A DNA stretch of 64,000 bases from Candidatus Woesearchaeota archaeon (GTDB lineage: Archaea; Nanobdellota; Nanobdellia; Woesearchaeales; JABGUJ01). The translations under genes were made by a program, and so were the position numbers. The notes beneath the pieces were generated by a model, which saw nothing but the letters and a program-made list of their open reading frames with translations, was not told the origin of the DNA and ran no database searches. The stretch covers positions 226,843 through 290,842 of the forward strand of contig JABGUJ010000002.1 in NCBI GenBank assembly GCA_018646625.1. The letters are read 5' to 3'. Within the stretch, counting starts at the first letter, position 1. The number at the start of each line of letters is the position of its first letter. This document shows positions 28,197 to 38,499 of the stretch, in pieces.

Positions 28197-29898
28197 GGTG
28201 GTTCCTCCTAGGGTGCGCGTGACCCAATCTTAATCTTTTCTTTAATTCTGTTATGTGATTTAGCTTGTTATTAAGTATTTTTGTAACATCCGCAGTTAAA
28301 TCTTCCAACAATACCGATACGTGCTCGGCACCAAGGAAATGGGGTAAGATCACATAGTCCGCACCTAAATTGTACATATCAAGTGCTTGATCCATATCAT
28401 CAGATGTAACAAAAATCATACTCTTCTGATTCTTAGCTCTTGCAGTCTTTAGTAGTAGTTTATTATAGTTGGCATTTGGTACTGTTGAGATTATTATCTT
28501 TGCATCTTTGAAATCTAGTCGAGATATGGTATCAATATCACCAAGGTCTCCGTACATACAGGGTACTCTTCTGTTTCTTAATCTTTTGATCACATCAGGA
28601 TTGTAGTCCACCACGATAAAACTTTTTCTCATGTGTTTTAATTTCTTGAAAATGCTATAACCAATGTTATCGTAACCACAAAGGATAACATCAAATGTTT
28701 TTTTGTGAGGTATGTAATCTAGCCTGCTCTCCCTACTAATTATGTTAAATATTGAGAGCACAGATGAAAACTTGTTGTATATGAAATTATTAAACTTGAT
28801 GAAATATGAAGTTAAGGCTATGGTTATTATTGTTAACAAAGTTACCAATGAAAACAGATCATGAGATATATGACCAAATTCTAAGCCAATGGCTACAATA
28901 ATTAATGAAAACTCACTAACTTGTGCTAATGACATCCCTGAGAAGAACGAAGTTCTTTTACTAAATCCAAAGAAGCTTGTTATCACCATGATAACTAGCG
29001 GTTTTACAAATACAACCGCGATCGTAAATATCACTAATGGAAGAATGATCGATGAAAAATCAACCATCATGAAATTTAGCCCTAGTGAAACAAAAAATAA
29101 TATTGCGAAGAAATCTCTTAATGAAGTTACCCTTGATATTATTTCCAAATTATACGGTAAGTTACCTAGCGCAACTCCTGCCACGAATGCTCCAATAATT
29201 ATTGAGAATCCCATATAATGAAAAATAAATGCAAAAAGAAAACAAATGCTTATTGACATCAAGAAAAGAAGTTCTCTCGACGATGCAGCAAACTTGAACA
29301 CATAAGGAAATGCATATTTAGAAAGTAATATGGTTACTACAGTAATTGCTAATGCTTTTATTATAAATAAAGGAATTACCAGTCCTCCCGAGAACTGACT
29401 TAATGATGTTAAGATTAAGATTAACAAAATTGCAATTATGTCTTGCACTAACAAAATACCAATAACAATTTTCCCATGAAGTGTGTTTAGTTCTTTTTTA
29501 TCTGCAAGAAGTTTAATGGCAACCATCGTGCTGCTAAAAGTGACTATCAAACCTAAGTACATTGCTTGAATCTGAGAATACATCATCATCTGCGCAACAA
29601 AATAGCCAATCATGAAAACAGAGAATGTTTGCAATGCGCCCCCTATTCCGGAAACCCATCCAACGCTTCTTAATTTCTTCAACTCAAGTTCTAATCCAAC
29701 TAAAAACAATAAGAATGCTATACCTATTTCCGATAAAGTTGAAATTAATTCAGTATTTGTTATGAGTTGCAAACCAGGACCAATAATAACTCCAATGATA
29801 ATGTAAGCAGGAATCTTGGGTTGTCTAATAATCTTAGAAATGGTTGCACCAATAGTTGCAAGTATGATTACAAGTCCAATCTCAAAAAATATGTTCAT
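28186..29898 (-). CDS. CPA2 cation:proton antiporter (Kef-type) with C-terminal RCK/TrkA-N domain
   Basis: LSEIGIAFLLFLVGLEL, SSTMVAIK, GILLVQDI, QVSEFSLI, ILCGYDNIG, MYGD. Confidence 0.9.
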   Translation of the reverse strand: MNIFFEIGLVIILATIGATISKIIRQPKIPAYIIIGVIIGPGLQLITNTELISTLSEIGIAFLLFLVGLELELKKLRSVGWVSGIGGALQTFSVFMIGYFVAQMMMYSQIQAMYLGLIVTFSSTMVAIKLLADKKELNTLHGKIVIGILLVQDIIAILLILILTSLSQFSGGLVIPLFIIKALAITVVTILLSKYAFPYVFKFAASSRELLFLMSISICFLFAFIFHYMGFSIIIGAFVAGVALGNLPYNLEIISRVTSLRDFFAILFFVSLGLNFMMVDFSSIILPLVIFTIAVVFVKPLVIMVITSFFGFSKRTSFFSGMSLAQVSEFSLIIVAIGLEFGHISHDLFSLVTLLTIITIALTSYFIKFNNFIYNKFSSVLSIFNIISRESRLDYIPHKKTFDVILCGYDNIGYSIFKKLKHMRKSFIVVDYNPDVIKRLRNRRVPCMYGDLGDIDTISRLDFKDAKIIISTVPNANYNKLLLKTARAKNQKSMIFVTSDDMDQALDMYNLGADYVILPHFLGAEHVSVLLEDLTADVTKILNNKLNHITELKKRLRLGHAHPRRNHHGN

Positions 29899-30065
29899 AA
29901 TTTCACCTGTTTTAACAGCTCATCTGTTTTTTGAATTGTTATCTTATTATCTTTTATGATTAAAACTAGCTTAGTTCCTTTGTTAATGCTCATAGAACTA
30001 CGTACATCTTTAGGTATGCTGATTTGGCCTTTCTCGCTCACCACTACCGTTTTTATGTCTTGCAT
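29895..30065 (-). CDS. AbrB/MazE/SpoVT-family DNA-binding protein
   Basis: VSEKGQISIPKDVRSSMSINKGTKL; probably leaderless start at MQDIKT. Confidence 0.85.
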   Translation of the reverse strand: MQDIKTVVVSEKGQISIPKDVRSSMSINKGTKLVLIIKDNKITIQKTDELLKQVKL

Positions 30066-30069
30066 CTTT

Positions 30070-30103
30070 GTAAGATTTATTTTACTTGTAAGAAGAGTCT
30101 TAC
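30070..30103. promoter_or_regulatory. Tandem palindromic operator (GTAAGA-N4-TTTTAC; GTAAGA-N4-TCTTAC)
   Basis: Two 16-bp boxes at an 18-bp period between the TATA box (~30107-30114) and the AbrB ATG. Confidence 0.6.
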
Positions 30104-30163
30104 TAGTATTTAAAGGTTTTTGAATAGAATGCAGCAAATATGCCTAAAAATACATAATTAGAA

Positions 30164-30943
30164 TTATTTCTTAATCTCAACATTGGCAGGTGGAAGAGCT
30201 CGGACGATATCGTCAACCTCTCCGCCAATTTGTTTCTTTATTCTTTTTGCAAGATCAGAAGTTTTTAGTTTGCCACCGGCTTTTAGTTCTACACTCTTTA
30301 CAGTATTCTTCTTTACCGCAGCAGCAGGACCACACATGATCGCACCATCTTCCATAGAACCAATGGCCAAACCAAATTCAGGAGAAATATAATTAGTTTT
30401 CCCTCGAATCATAAAAGAACCTTTTGTTAAATATTCTCCAGGCTGCGCCTCCTTACTTACTTGATCAGGATTAACCCAGAATACTTTTGAAGTCATTAAA
30501 CCAAGCTTTAGTGCTCGAGAAAACATGAATGTCGCATTAGATGTTTCTTGCAAAGTGGTTTCACCAACTTCTTTACCTTCTGCTTTAACTGTGAAGAATG
30601 GAGAACCAGACATGTCTGTGTGAAACACAACATCTTTTGGCTCTGTATGTTTTTTCACAATGATTTCATTTGTAGTCGCATCTCTACCACCAAGAACTAA
30701 AAACCCTTCGCTTGAAACAAACCATCTAAACTTTTCATACCAATGAGGTTTACGTTTTACTTTTTTCTCTTCTTTAACTTGCTCTTTTTCATACTTTACT
30801 TTTTCTGACTCTAACCGTTTCTTTGCTCGCTCAACAGATTCAGTCGCACCTTTCATTTTTTTCTTAGCAACCTTCACCTTATCAAAATAGATCGAAGCAT
30901 TTTGATTTACGTTCTTCGTAATGTCGAGCGTTATTTTAACCAT
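30164..30943 (-). CDS. NFACT-R (DUF814) domain protein, short Rqc2/NEMF-like
   Basis: NASIYFDKVK coiled coil, WYEKFRWFVSSEGFLVLGGRDATTNE, FHTDMSGSP, GEYLTKGSFMIRGKTNY. Confidence 0.88.
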   Translation of the reverse strand: MVKITLDITKNVNQNASIYFDKVKVAKKKMKGATESVERAKKRLESEKVKYEKEQVKEEKKVKRKPHWYEKFRWFVSSEGFLVLGGRDATTNEIIVKKHTEPKDVVFHTDMSGSPFFTVKAEGKEVGETTLQETSNATFMFSRALKLGLMTSKVFWVNPDQVSKEAQPGEYLTKGSFMIRGKTNYISPEFGLAIGSMEDGAIMCGPAAAVKKNTVKSVELKAGGKLKTSDLAKRIKKQIGGEVDDIVRALPPANVEIKK

Positions 30944-30986
30944 AGAAGTAGTTTATTATATTGTATTAATAAAGATAGCGTAAAGT

Positions 30987-31484
30987 TTAGCAGGCAGGAA
31001 TGTCTGTAAACTCTTGAGCAGCACTAGAACAAGGCTTGCCACCAACAACAGGAGTTATCTTTGCGTACTTTATTGCACCTAATTCTTCAGAGTTATAGGG
31101 TTCTTTGAAAAAATTGGCTTCAGCTTTAGGGATTTCTTTATCACAGAACAAAGTCTCCGGTTCTTTGGTGTTTTCACCCATCACAAAAATCTTCAGACTG
31201 CTTATAGTGGATGATCCAACAGATTCGACCACCATTTCTAAATCAGAATCTGATAAGCTGTAGCATAGTTGTCTTTGACCTGCGATAGATACTATTTTGA
31301 AAGCAGCACCATCACAACCGTTGCCGTTTGCAATTGGTTTTTTTTGCTCAAATTCAACACCTTTCTTAGAAATATAATCCTTTCCAACATTCATGACAAT
31401 AGCTCCTAATGCGATTGCAAATAAAATTAATAAAATCGTAGCAACAAGCGGAGAAACTGCCCTTTTATTGAAAATCCTTGGCAT
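30987..31484 (-). CDS. Archaeal type IV pilin-like protein (class III signal peptide)
   Basis: KRA/VSPLVATILLILFAIALG cleavage motif; adjacent prepilin peptidase. Confidence 0.8.
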   Translation of the reverse strand: MPRIFNKRAVSPLVATILLILFAIALGAIVMNVGKDYISKKGVEFEQKKPIANGNGCDGAAFKIVSIAGQRQLCYSLSDSDLEMVVESVGSSTISSLKIFVMGENTKEPETLFCDKEIPKAEANFFKEPYNSEELGAIKYAKITPVVGGKPCSSAAQEFTDIPAC

Positions 31485-31556
31485 TAGCTAACCTCTTTTT
31501 AAAGTTAAAATGATGTTTGATCTTATTTAAATGTTACTGTTGACATTCTGTTAATA

Positions 31557-32405
31557 TTATAGCACTATGCTGATGAAGCTACCTGCACAGATAGTTACTA
31601 CGAATGCAATAAAAAATGATGGCACAAACGGTATGCCTTCTTTTACAAGAACTTTTTTAATTTTTAGTTTTTTTATCTTAGCAATCTGTTCTTCCGTTAA
31701 TCCTAAATCTTTCTTAGACGCAATAAGTTTACCTTTATGTTTAATGTCTTTAACAATCCAGTCTCCTAATGTTAATTTATTTGGTTTTAGCCAGACGTGC
31801 ATACAACTTTTCTCGACCGCGTGCGTGAATGCAAACAGCGAATACATTAGTGGAGCCATGATTGCGAGCAGAATAAAGAATAATTTGAGCAAAGGTTCTT
31901 CAATAATAAATACTACAACAATAAGTGCAATAAAGATTGCCATCGCAATAAAAAACATAACTTTAGTTTTATGAAATATTTTCTTGAATTCTTTATTGAA
32001 TTCTTTTCTGTTTAATAATGCTTTAACAATAGCAAATAAGAAGCCCCATAGTGCTCCAAAGAAAACTACGTTGACTATGAAATGAAGTAATAAAGGAATA
32101 TCTAATACAATAGGAATACCAACTAATGCGCCAAGCGCCATAAGCATTTTACTATCCCCGCCACCCCATTGTCCCGCATAGAACATTATTAATGCTAAAA
32201 TGAAAAATGCTATGAATCCTGCAGCACCTTCAACCAAAGGCATGTAGTCCATAGTAACAAGTGATAGAATTAATCTGTAACCAATTGCAAATGATAGTAA
32301 TCCGAAATTGAGTGTGTCAGGAACTTCTCGAGTTTTAAAATCAATTAAACTAGCTATAAGTAGAAAACATAATGCGACCGCAAGCGGTAAGCTCTCAACA
32401 CTCAT
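31557..32405 (-). CDS. Prepilin/prearchaellin peptidase (A24 family)
   Basis: SLIDFKTREVPD, GQWGGGDSKML, GIPFVPSF. Confidence 0.88.
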   Translation of the reverse strand: MSVESLPLAVALCFLLIASLIDFKTREVPDTLNFGLLSFAIGYRLILSLVTMDYMPLVEGAAGFIAFFILALIMFYAGQWGGGDSKMLMALGALVGIPIVLDIPLLLHFIVNVVFFGALWGFLFAIVKALLNRKEFNKEFKKIFHKTKVMFFIAMAIFIALIVVVFIIEEPLLKLFFILLAIMAPLMYSLFAFTHAVEKSCMHVWLKPNKLTLGDWIVKDIKHKGKLIASKKDLGLTEEQIAKIKKLKIKKVLVKEGIPFVPSFFIAFVVTICAGSFISIVL

Positions 32406-32555
32406 GTTTGAAAATCTGTTTAAGGCGTATATAAACTTTGTTGGCAGATTACTTTATTTTTGCCAAAAAAAAGGTTTTAAGAGAAAGATTTATAAAGCAA
32501 ATTATGTTAAAGTGACCCAAATAAAGCTTTTAAATAAAAAAAGGGGTGTGATTGA

Positions 32556-33206
32556 ATGATATCAGAGTTTGCATATTCTATTGCAGATCCGCTAACACAG
32601 TTCGGTATTGCGACTGTGAAAGCACTGCCTGGCATTGTAGTGGCGATAATAATATTGCTAGTTGGCTGGTTAGTAGCATGGATCTTGGGCTTCATAATTA
32701 AGAATGTTCTTCTTAAAATTGGCCTAGACGCAGGAATGAAAAAAGCAGGAATTGGAACTGCTTTAGGAAAACTTAGCTTGTCCAAATTACTTGGGCTAAT
32801 TGTTAAGTGGTTCGTATTCCTAGTGTTTTTGGGAGAAGCTGTATCTCAACTTCAGTTGGGAAGTTTGTCTTTGTTCTTAGACAGTTTAGTAATGTGGCTA
32901 CCTAATTTAGTGGTTGCGTCTTTAATTGTTATTTGCGGTTTGATCGTAAGTGATTACGTAACTTCAAGAATTAAAGCAGCTAAATCTAAGAGAGGAGATT
33001 TGTTTGCGAGTGGAGTTTACTATGTGATTATGATTTTGGTTGTGCTTATTGCACTTAATCAAATCGGAATCGACATAAGTTTGCTTACCGACATCATCAA
33101 ATTGTTCTTCGGAGCACTATTCTTGGGACTTGCAATAGCTCTTGGAATTGGATTTGGTGGCGCACTTAAAGGCAACGCAGCTAAATGGCTTAAAAGGTTT
33201 AAATAA
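32556..33206 (+). CDS. TM-helix-repeat membrane protein (CmpX/MscS N-terminal-like)
   Basis: LPGIVVAIIILLVGW and LPNLVVASLIVICG repeats; ALGIGFGG. Confidence 0.75.
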   Translation: MISEFAYSIADPLTQFGIATVKALPGIVVAIIILLVGWLVAWILGFIIKNVLLKIGLDAGMKKAGIGTALGKLSLSKLLGLIVKWFVFLVFLGEAVSQLQLGSLSLFLDSLVMWLPNLVVASLIVICGLIVSDYVTSRIKAAKSKRGDLFASGVYYVIMILVVLIALNQIGIDISLLTDIIKLFFGALFLGLAIALGIGFGGALKGNAAKWLKRFK

Positions 33207-33290
33207 GCCTTTTTTTCTTTTTTATTTTACTTTTTTCTTATTTTTCTTAATCCGATAGTTATATAAAGAGCTCATTTTTTCTAGAGAGTA

Positions 33291-33378
33291 TCCTTAATGA
33301 TTTATGACGGCGACTGTAAAGTTTCCTGAAGGAAAGGATGGGCTATTTTAGTCTATTATTTCTGAATCGATTAAAGGG
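33291..33378 (+). ncRNA. Candidate box C/D-like RNA or K-turn element in the rpl7ae leader
   Basis: Terminal stem CCTTAAT-GAT/ATC-GATTAAAGG; C-like ATGACGG 33304, D' CTGA 33326, C'-like AGGATGG 33335, D CTGA 33362; TATA at ~33259. Confidence 0.45.
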
Positions 33379-33421
33379 TAGATGATATACTCATAAAAAA
33401 GCTAAATGAGGAAAAAATAAA

Positions 33422-33754
33422 ATGAGCGAATTAAACGAAAAAGCACTTGAAGCAATCGAAGTGGCTAAGTCCACTGGAAAGCTAAGGAAAGGTACCAATG
33501 AGGTAACTAAGGCTCTTGAAAAAGGAGACGCCAAATTGGTTGTTTATGCAAAAGATGTTTCCCCTGCGGAAATCACAATGCACTTACCAGTTCTAGCAAA
33601 GGAAAAATCAATCCCTTGTATAGAAGTTGCATCCAAAGACGAACTTGGAGCTGCAGCAGGATTACCTGTTAAGACAGCAGCAATTGCAATTGTAGTAGAA
33701 GGCGAAGCAAAGAATCTGATCAAGGAGATCTCAGAAGAAGCTGGAAAGGAGTGA
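33422..33754 (+). CDS. rpl7ae: 50S ribosomal protein L7Ae (eL8)
   Basis: GKLRKGTNEVTKALEKG, AKDVSPAEI, ELGAAAGL. Confidence 0.95.
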   Translation: MSELNEKALEAIEVAKSTGKLRKGTNEVTKALEKGDAKLVVYAKDVSPAEITMHLPVLAKEKSIPCIEVASKDELGAAAGLPVKTAAIAIVVEGEAKNLIKEISEEAGKE

Positions 33755-33761
33755 TTAAAAA

Positions 33762-34040
33762 ATGGCACAGAAAGTGGTATCCAAGAAAGGCTCAGCAGAT
33801 GAGGGCAAGAAAGGATCCGTAGGATTTTCGCCAGCAGTTCCAGCTAGTGTTGAAGAGATTATTGGAAGAACAGGTGCAAGAGGAGAAGCTACACAAGTTA
33901 GATGTAAAATTCTCGACGGCAGAGACAAAGAAAAAATAATCCGAAGAAACGTCAAAGGACCTGTTAAATTAAAAGACATTCTTATGTTGAGAGAAACAGA
34001 AATTGAAGCCAGACAACTTGGTCGTGGTGGGAGGAAGTAA
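33762..34040 (+). CDS. rps28e: 30S ribosomal protein S28e (with N-terminal extension)
   Basis: [43 protein letters not shown]. Confidence 0.95.
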   Translation: MAQKVVSKKGSADEGKKGSVGFSPAVPASVEEIIGRTGARGEATQVRCKILDGRDKEKIIRRNVKGPVKLKDILMLRETEIEARQLGRGGRK

Positions 34041-34042
34041 GA

Positions 34043-34273
34043 ATGGTTACTTGTTCATTTTGCGGACTGGAAATCCCAAGAGGTTCTGGATTAATGTATG
34101 TTAAAACAGACGGAAAAGTTTTTCATTTTTGTTCAAGAAAATGTGAAAAAAATATGATTGTACTAAAGCGAAAGCCTAGAGAAACAAGATGGACTAACGA
34201 GCACAATGCAGTTAAGAAAGTTTTGATCGCATCTAAGGAAGAAGCTAAATTAAAAGAGGGTAAGAAAGAATGA
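34043..34273 (+). CDS. rpl24e: 50S ribosomal protein L24e
   Basis: CSFCG..IPRGSG.MYVKTDG...FCSRKC, RWT. Confidence 0.95.
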   Translation: MVTCSFCGLEIPRGSGLMYVKTDGKVFHFCSRKCEKNMIVLKRKPRETRWTNEHNAVKKVLIASKEEAKLKEGKKE

Positions 34274-34749
34274 GAGAGAAAAGCTTAGTCTTGATAAAGC
34301 CAGACGGAGTCCAAAGAGGACTAATCGGAAGAATCATGCAAAGATTCGAAGATGTTGGCTTGAAGATGGTTGGTATGAAAATGGTTTGGGTAGACAAAGA
34401 GTTTGCTAAAGAACATTATGCGGCTCACGTTGACAAACCGTTCTATCCAGGACTGGAGTGTATGATTACAGAAGGTCCAGTTGTTGCAATGGTTCTTGAA
34501 GGATTACATGCAGTAGAGCAAGTTAGGAAAATGGTCGGAAAGACTGAACCTAAAAGCGCAGAACCTGGAACTATCAGAGGAGATTTTTCACAACACTCTT
34601 ACGCATATACAGATGCTAAAGGAATCGCAATAAAGAACTTGATTCACGCATCAGGAAATGTTGAAGAAGCGAATGCAGAAGTTGCTCTTTGGTTTAAAGA
34701 AGGAGAAATGCATGACTACAAGACAGTACACGAGAAACACGTGTTTTAA
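34270..34749 (+). CDS. ndk: Nucleoside diphosphate kinase
   Basis: IKPDGVQRGLIG, PGTIRGDF, NLIHAS. Confidence 0.95.
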   Translation: MREKSLVLIKPDGVQRGLIGRIMQRFEDVGLKMVGMKMVWVDKEFAKEHYAAHVDKPFYPGLECMITEGPVVAMVLEGLHAVEQVRKMVGKTEPKSAEPGTIRGDFSQHSYAYTDAKGIAIKNLIHASGNVEEANAEVALWFKEGEMHDYKTVHEKHVF

Positions 34750-34781
34750 GATATCGTAACTCATTTGGAGGATTGAATTAA

Positions 34782-36956
34782 ATGGCAGAAAAGATGGTTG
34801 ATAGGGTAACTCGAATTATGCAGCACCCTACTGAAATTAGAAATATTGCAATCTGTGCACATATTGATCACGGAAAGACAACTCTTTCCGACAACTTGTT
34901 ATCCGGAGCTGGTATGCTTTCAGAAGCACTAGCTGGTAAAGCTTGCGTTCTAGATTTTCACGAAGACGAGCAGACAAGAGGAATTACAATTGATTCAGCA
35001 AGTGTATCTATGGTTCATAAGTTTGATGATAAGGAATATTTGATTAACCTTATCGATACTCCAGGTCACGTTGACTTTGGAGGAGACGTAACTCGAGCAA
35101 TGAGAGCAGTAGATGGTGCAGTAGTACTTTGTTGTGCTGTTGAAGGTATTATGCCGCAGACAGAAACTGTATTGAGACAAGCTCTTAAGGAAAGAGTTAA
35201 GCCAATATTGTTTATCAATAAAACTGACAGACTGATGAAAGAACTTCAGTTAACTCCTGAAATGATGCAGGAAAGATTCGTCAAGACTATTGATGAAGTT
35301 AACAAGTTGATTGTTTCTATTGCAGAAGAAGGATATGGTTCTAAATGGCAAGTAAGTGTTAATGATGGTAGCGTAGTATTCGGTAGTGCGTTTCACAACT
35401 GGGCTATGAGCGTTCCTTACATGCAGAAAAAAGGTTTGTCATTTAAAGATATAATTGATGCATACCAATCAGGTAATGATGATGACTGGAAAGCACTAGG
35501 TAAAAGAGCACCTTTGTATGAGGTTTTACTTAACTCAGTTATTGAGCATTTACCAGATCCAGTAGTATCTTCCGATTACAGAATACCAAAACTATGGAAA
35601 GGAGATGTTGAGACTGAAGACGGTAAGTCACTAAAGGCGTGCAATCCTAAAGGTCCTTTGTACTTTTGTATAGTAAAAGTAGTAGTTGATCCTCAAGCAG
35701 GAGAAATTAGTTCTGGTAGATTGTTTAGTGGTACTATGAAGAGAGGTACTGAGGTTTATCTTAACACAGCCAAACATAATGGAAGAGTACAGCAAGTATT
35801 CATCTACAATGGATCAAAGAGAGAAATTGTTGATAACGTACCTGCCGGTAACATCATTGGTATCAGCGGTGTAAAAGGTTACCCTGGTGAGACAATCACA
35901 GTTGGCGAAGCAGAACCGTTTGAAGAGTTGAGTCATATTTTTGACCCAGTAATCACTAAGTCTATTGAAGCTAAAAAGGCAAGCGACTTGACAAAGTTGC
36001 TAGATGTACTTAGAATGGTTGCAAAGGAAGATCCAACTATCAAAATAAACATCAACGAAGAAACTGGAGAGCACTTAATGTCTGGTATGGGTGAGTTGCA
36101 CCTTGAGATAATTGAGAACAGAATTAAATCAGAAAAAGGTGTTGAGGTAATAACTGGTTCTCCTATTGTTGTATACAGAGAAGCAGTTTATGCAAAAAAT
36201 CCACAAGCTGCAGAAGGTAAGTCACCTAATAAACACAATAGACTATACTTTACTGTTGAACCTATGCCTGAAGAACTTAAAGAAGGTATTAAATCTGGTT
36301 TGATTCCAAATGGAAGAGTAAAGAAAAAGGATAACAAGTTGTGGGAAGCTCTTTCTGAATGTGGCTTGGATAGTAAAGCTACAAGAAAAGTTAGAGATGT
36401 ATTCAACGGTAACATGTTTATCGATGACACTAGAGGAGAAGTTCACATCGGAGAAATTATGGAATTAGTTCTTGATATGTTTGAAGATGTTATGAACAAC
36501 GGTGGACTAGCAAGAGAACCATGTGTTAACATGTTAGTAAGACTAACCGATACAAAATTACACGAAGATGCAATCCACAGAGGTCCAGCTCAAATGTACC
36601 CTGCTGTAAGAGAAGGTATCAGAGAAGCTATCAGAAATGCTAAACCTGTACTTTACGAACCGATTCAAACAATGGTATTTGAATCACCAGCAGAATTTAT
36701 GGGAGAAATCTCTAAGTTGATCTCAAACAAAAGAGGTCAGTTGTTGGATATGCAGCAAGATGGTGATGAAGTTACCGTCAAAGGTAAACTACCAGTAGCA
36801 GAAATGTTTGGTATGAGTGGAGATCTTAGATCCGCAACAGGCGGAAGAGGTAATTCATTTGTTCAAGACCAGGTATTTGAAAAGCTACCTGACGAACTTC
36901 AGAAAAAGATTATTGGTCAAATTAGGTCCAGAAAGGGCTTGAGTGAGAACCAATAG
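34782..36956 (+). CDS. fusA: Translation elongation factor EF-2
   Basis: AHIDHGKTT, RGITI, DTPGHVDFGG, GMGELHL, diphthamide loop LHEDAIHRGPAQ. Confidence 0.97.
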   Translation: MAEKMVDRVTRIMQHPTEIRNIAICAHIDHGKTTLSDNLLSGAGMLSEALAGKACVLDFHEDEQTRGITIDSASVSMVHKFDDKEYLINLIDTPGHVDFGGDVTRAMRAVDGAVVLCCAVEGIMPQTETVLRQALKERVKPILFINKTDRLMKELQLTPEMMQERFVKTIDEVNKLIVSIAEEGYGSKWQVSVNDGSVVFGSAFHNWAMSVPYMQKKGLSFKDIIDAYQSGNDDDWKALGKRAPLYEVLLNSVIEHLPDPVVSSDYRIPKLWKGDVETEDGKSLKACNPKGPLYFCIVKVVVDPQAGEISSGRLFSGTMKRGTEVYLNTAKHNGRVQQVFIYNGSKREIVDNVPAGNIIGISGVKGYPGETITVGEAEPFEELSHIFDPVITKSIEAKKASDLTKLLDVLRMVAKEDPTIKININEETGEHLMSGMGELHLEIIENRIKSEKGVEVITGSPIVVYREAVYAKNPQAAEGKSPNKHNRLYFTVEPMPEELKEGIKSGLIPNGRVKKKDNKLWEALSECGLDSKATRKVRDVFNGNMFIDDTRGEVHIGEIMELVLDMFEDVMNNGGLAREPCVNMLVRLTDTKLHEDAIHRGPAQMYPAVREGIREAIRNAKPVLYEPIQTMVFESPAEFMGEISKLISNKRGQLLDMQQDGDEVTVKGKLPVAEMFGMSGDLRSATGGRGNSFVQDQVFEKLPDELQKKIIGQIRSRKGLSENQ

Positions 36957-37141
36957 AATTGGAGTAATATAGGCTCTGAATACCGATAACCTTATAAGTA
37001 AGCAGTTTTAGCTAAGGCTTACCTTGGGCGCTTAAACGGCGTTGAATGGGTCTTAGCGAATTTCGCTTATAATTGGGGGTAAGGGATCATAATTCACACC
37101 CTTCAGAGTCATTAAATAAAAGGTGGAGGATATAACACAAA

Positions 37142-38434
37142 ATGGCAAAAGAAAAAACACACGTAAATATTGTCTTCATTGGACACGTTGATCACGGAAA
37201 ATCAACTACTGTAGGTAGATTACTATTCGATTCAGGAACTATCGATGAGACTACTATGAGAAAGCTGAGAGAAAAAGCAGCTGAACTAGGTAAGTCTGGT
37301 TTTGAGTTCGCATATACTATGGACAACTTGAAAGAAGAGAGAGAAAGAGGCGTAACTATCGATCTAGCTCACAAGAAGTTCGAAACTGATAATTATTACT
37401 TTACTGTAATTGATGCACCAGGTCACAGAGACTTTATCAAGAACATGATTACTGGCGCAGCACAAGCAGATGTTGGTGTTTTAGTTGTAGCAGCTAACGA
37501 TGGTGTTAATGCACAAACTAAAGAACACGTATTTTTGTCTAAGACTCTTGGTGTTAGTCAAATGATTATCGCAATTAATAAGATGGATATCTCTGGTGTA
37601 GACTACTCCGAAGATAGATACAAAGCAGTTGTTGCTGAAGTTACTACTTTACTTCAATCTGTAGGATACAAAACAGACACAATTCCATTTTTAGCAATCG
37701 CATCTCTAAAAGGAGATAACATTGTAACTAAGTCTGATAAAATGCCTTGGTATACTGGTAAAACTTTGATGGAAGCTATGAATGCTGTCAATCCACCAGA
37801 CAAACCAACAGGACTTCCGTTAAGACTACCTCTACAGGATGTATACAGTATCACTGGAATCGGTGTTGTACCTGTTGGAAGAGTTGAAACTGGAATCATG
37901 AAGGTTGGCGATAAGATTGTTGCTGTACCTGGAAGAGAAGGTAAAGGTGTAAAGGGCGAAGTTAAATCTATCGAGATGCATCACGAACAACTTAAGCAAG
38001 CTGAACCTGGAGACAACGTAGGTTTCTCCGTTAGAGGTATCGGTAAAAAGGATTGTGCAAGAGGAGATGTTCTTGGTCATGAGAGCAATATCCCAACTGT
38101 AGCAGAAGAGTTTACTGCACAAATGGTTGTATTGAACCACCCAACTGTAATCACTGTTGGTTATACTCCAGTATTCCACATCCATACAGCGCAAGTTGCA
38201 TGTCAAGTAGTGGCAATCAAACAGAAACTTAATCCAGCAACTGGTGAAGTTCTAGAAGAGAATCCAGACTTTATCAAAAATGGCGACGCAGCTATTGTTA
38301 CGATTAAGCCAATGAAACCATTGTGCATAGAGACACAGAAGGAAATTCCTCAAATGTCCAGGTTTGCAATCAGAGACTCAGGTGCTACTGTTGCAGCAGG
38401 TATGTGCATTGAGTTAAAGAAAAAAGAACTTTAA
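37142..38434 (+). CDS. tuf: Translation elongation factor EF-1alpha
   Basis: [45 protein letters not shown]. Confidence 0.97.
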   Translation: MAKEKTHVNIVFIGHVDHGKSTTVGRLLFDSGTIDETTMRKLREKAAELGKSGFEFAYTMDNLKEERERGVTIDLAHKKFETDNYYFTVIDAPGHRDFIKNMITGAAQADVGVLVVAANDGVNAQTKEHVFLSKTLGVSQMIIAINKMDISGVDYSEDRYKAVVAEVTTLLQSVGYKTDTIPFLAIASLKGDNIVTKSDKMPWYTGKTLMEAMNAVNPPDKPTGLPLRLPLQDVYSITGIGVVPVGRVETGIMKVGDKIVAVPGREGKGVKGEVKSIEMHHEQLKQAEPGDNVGFSVRGIGKKDCARGDVLGHESNIPTVAEEFTAQMVVLNHPTVITVGYTPVFHIHTAQVACQVVAIKQKLNPATGEVLEENPDFIKNGDAAIVTIKPMKPLCIETQKEIPQMSRFAIRDSGATVAAGMCIELKKKEL

Positions 38435-38499
38435 GTTCTTTATTTTTTATTTTATTTTCATAGTAAATTACATTTATTGTGTGGTAGGCCCGAAGAAAA

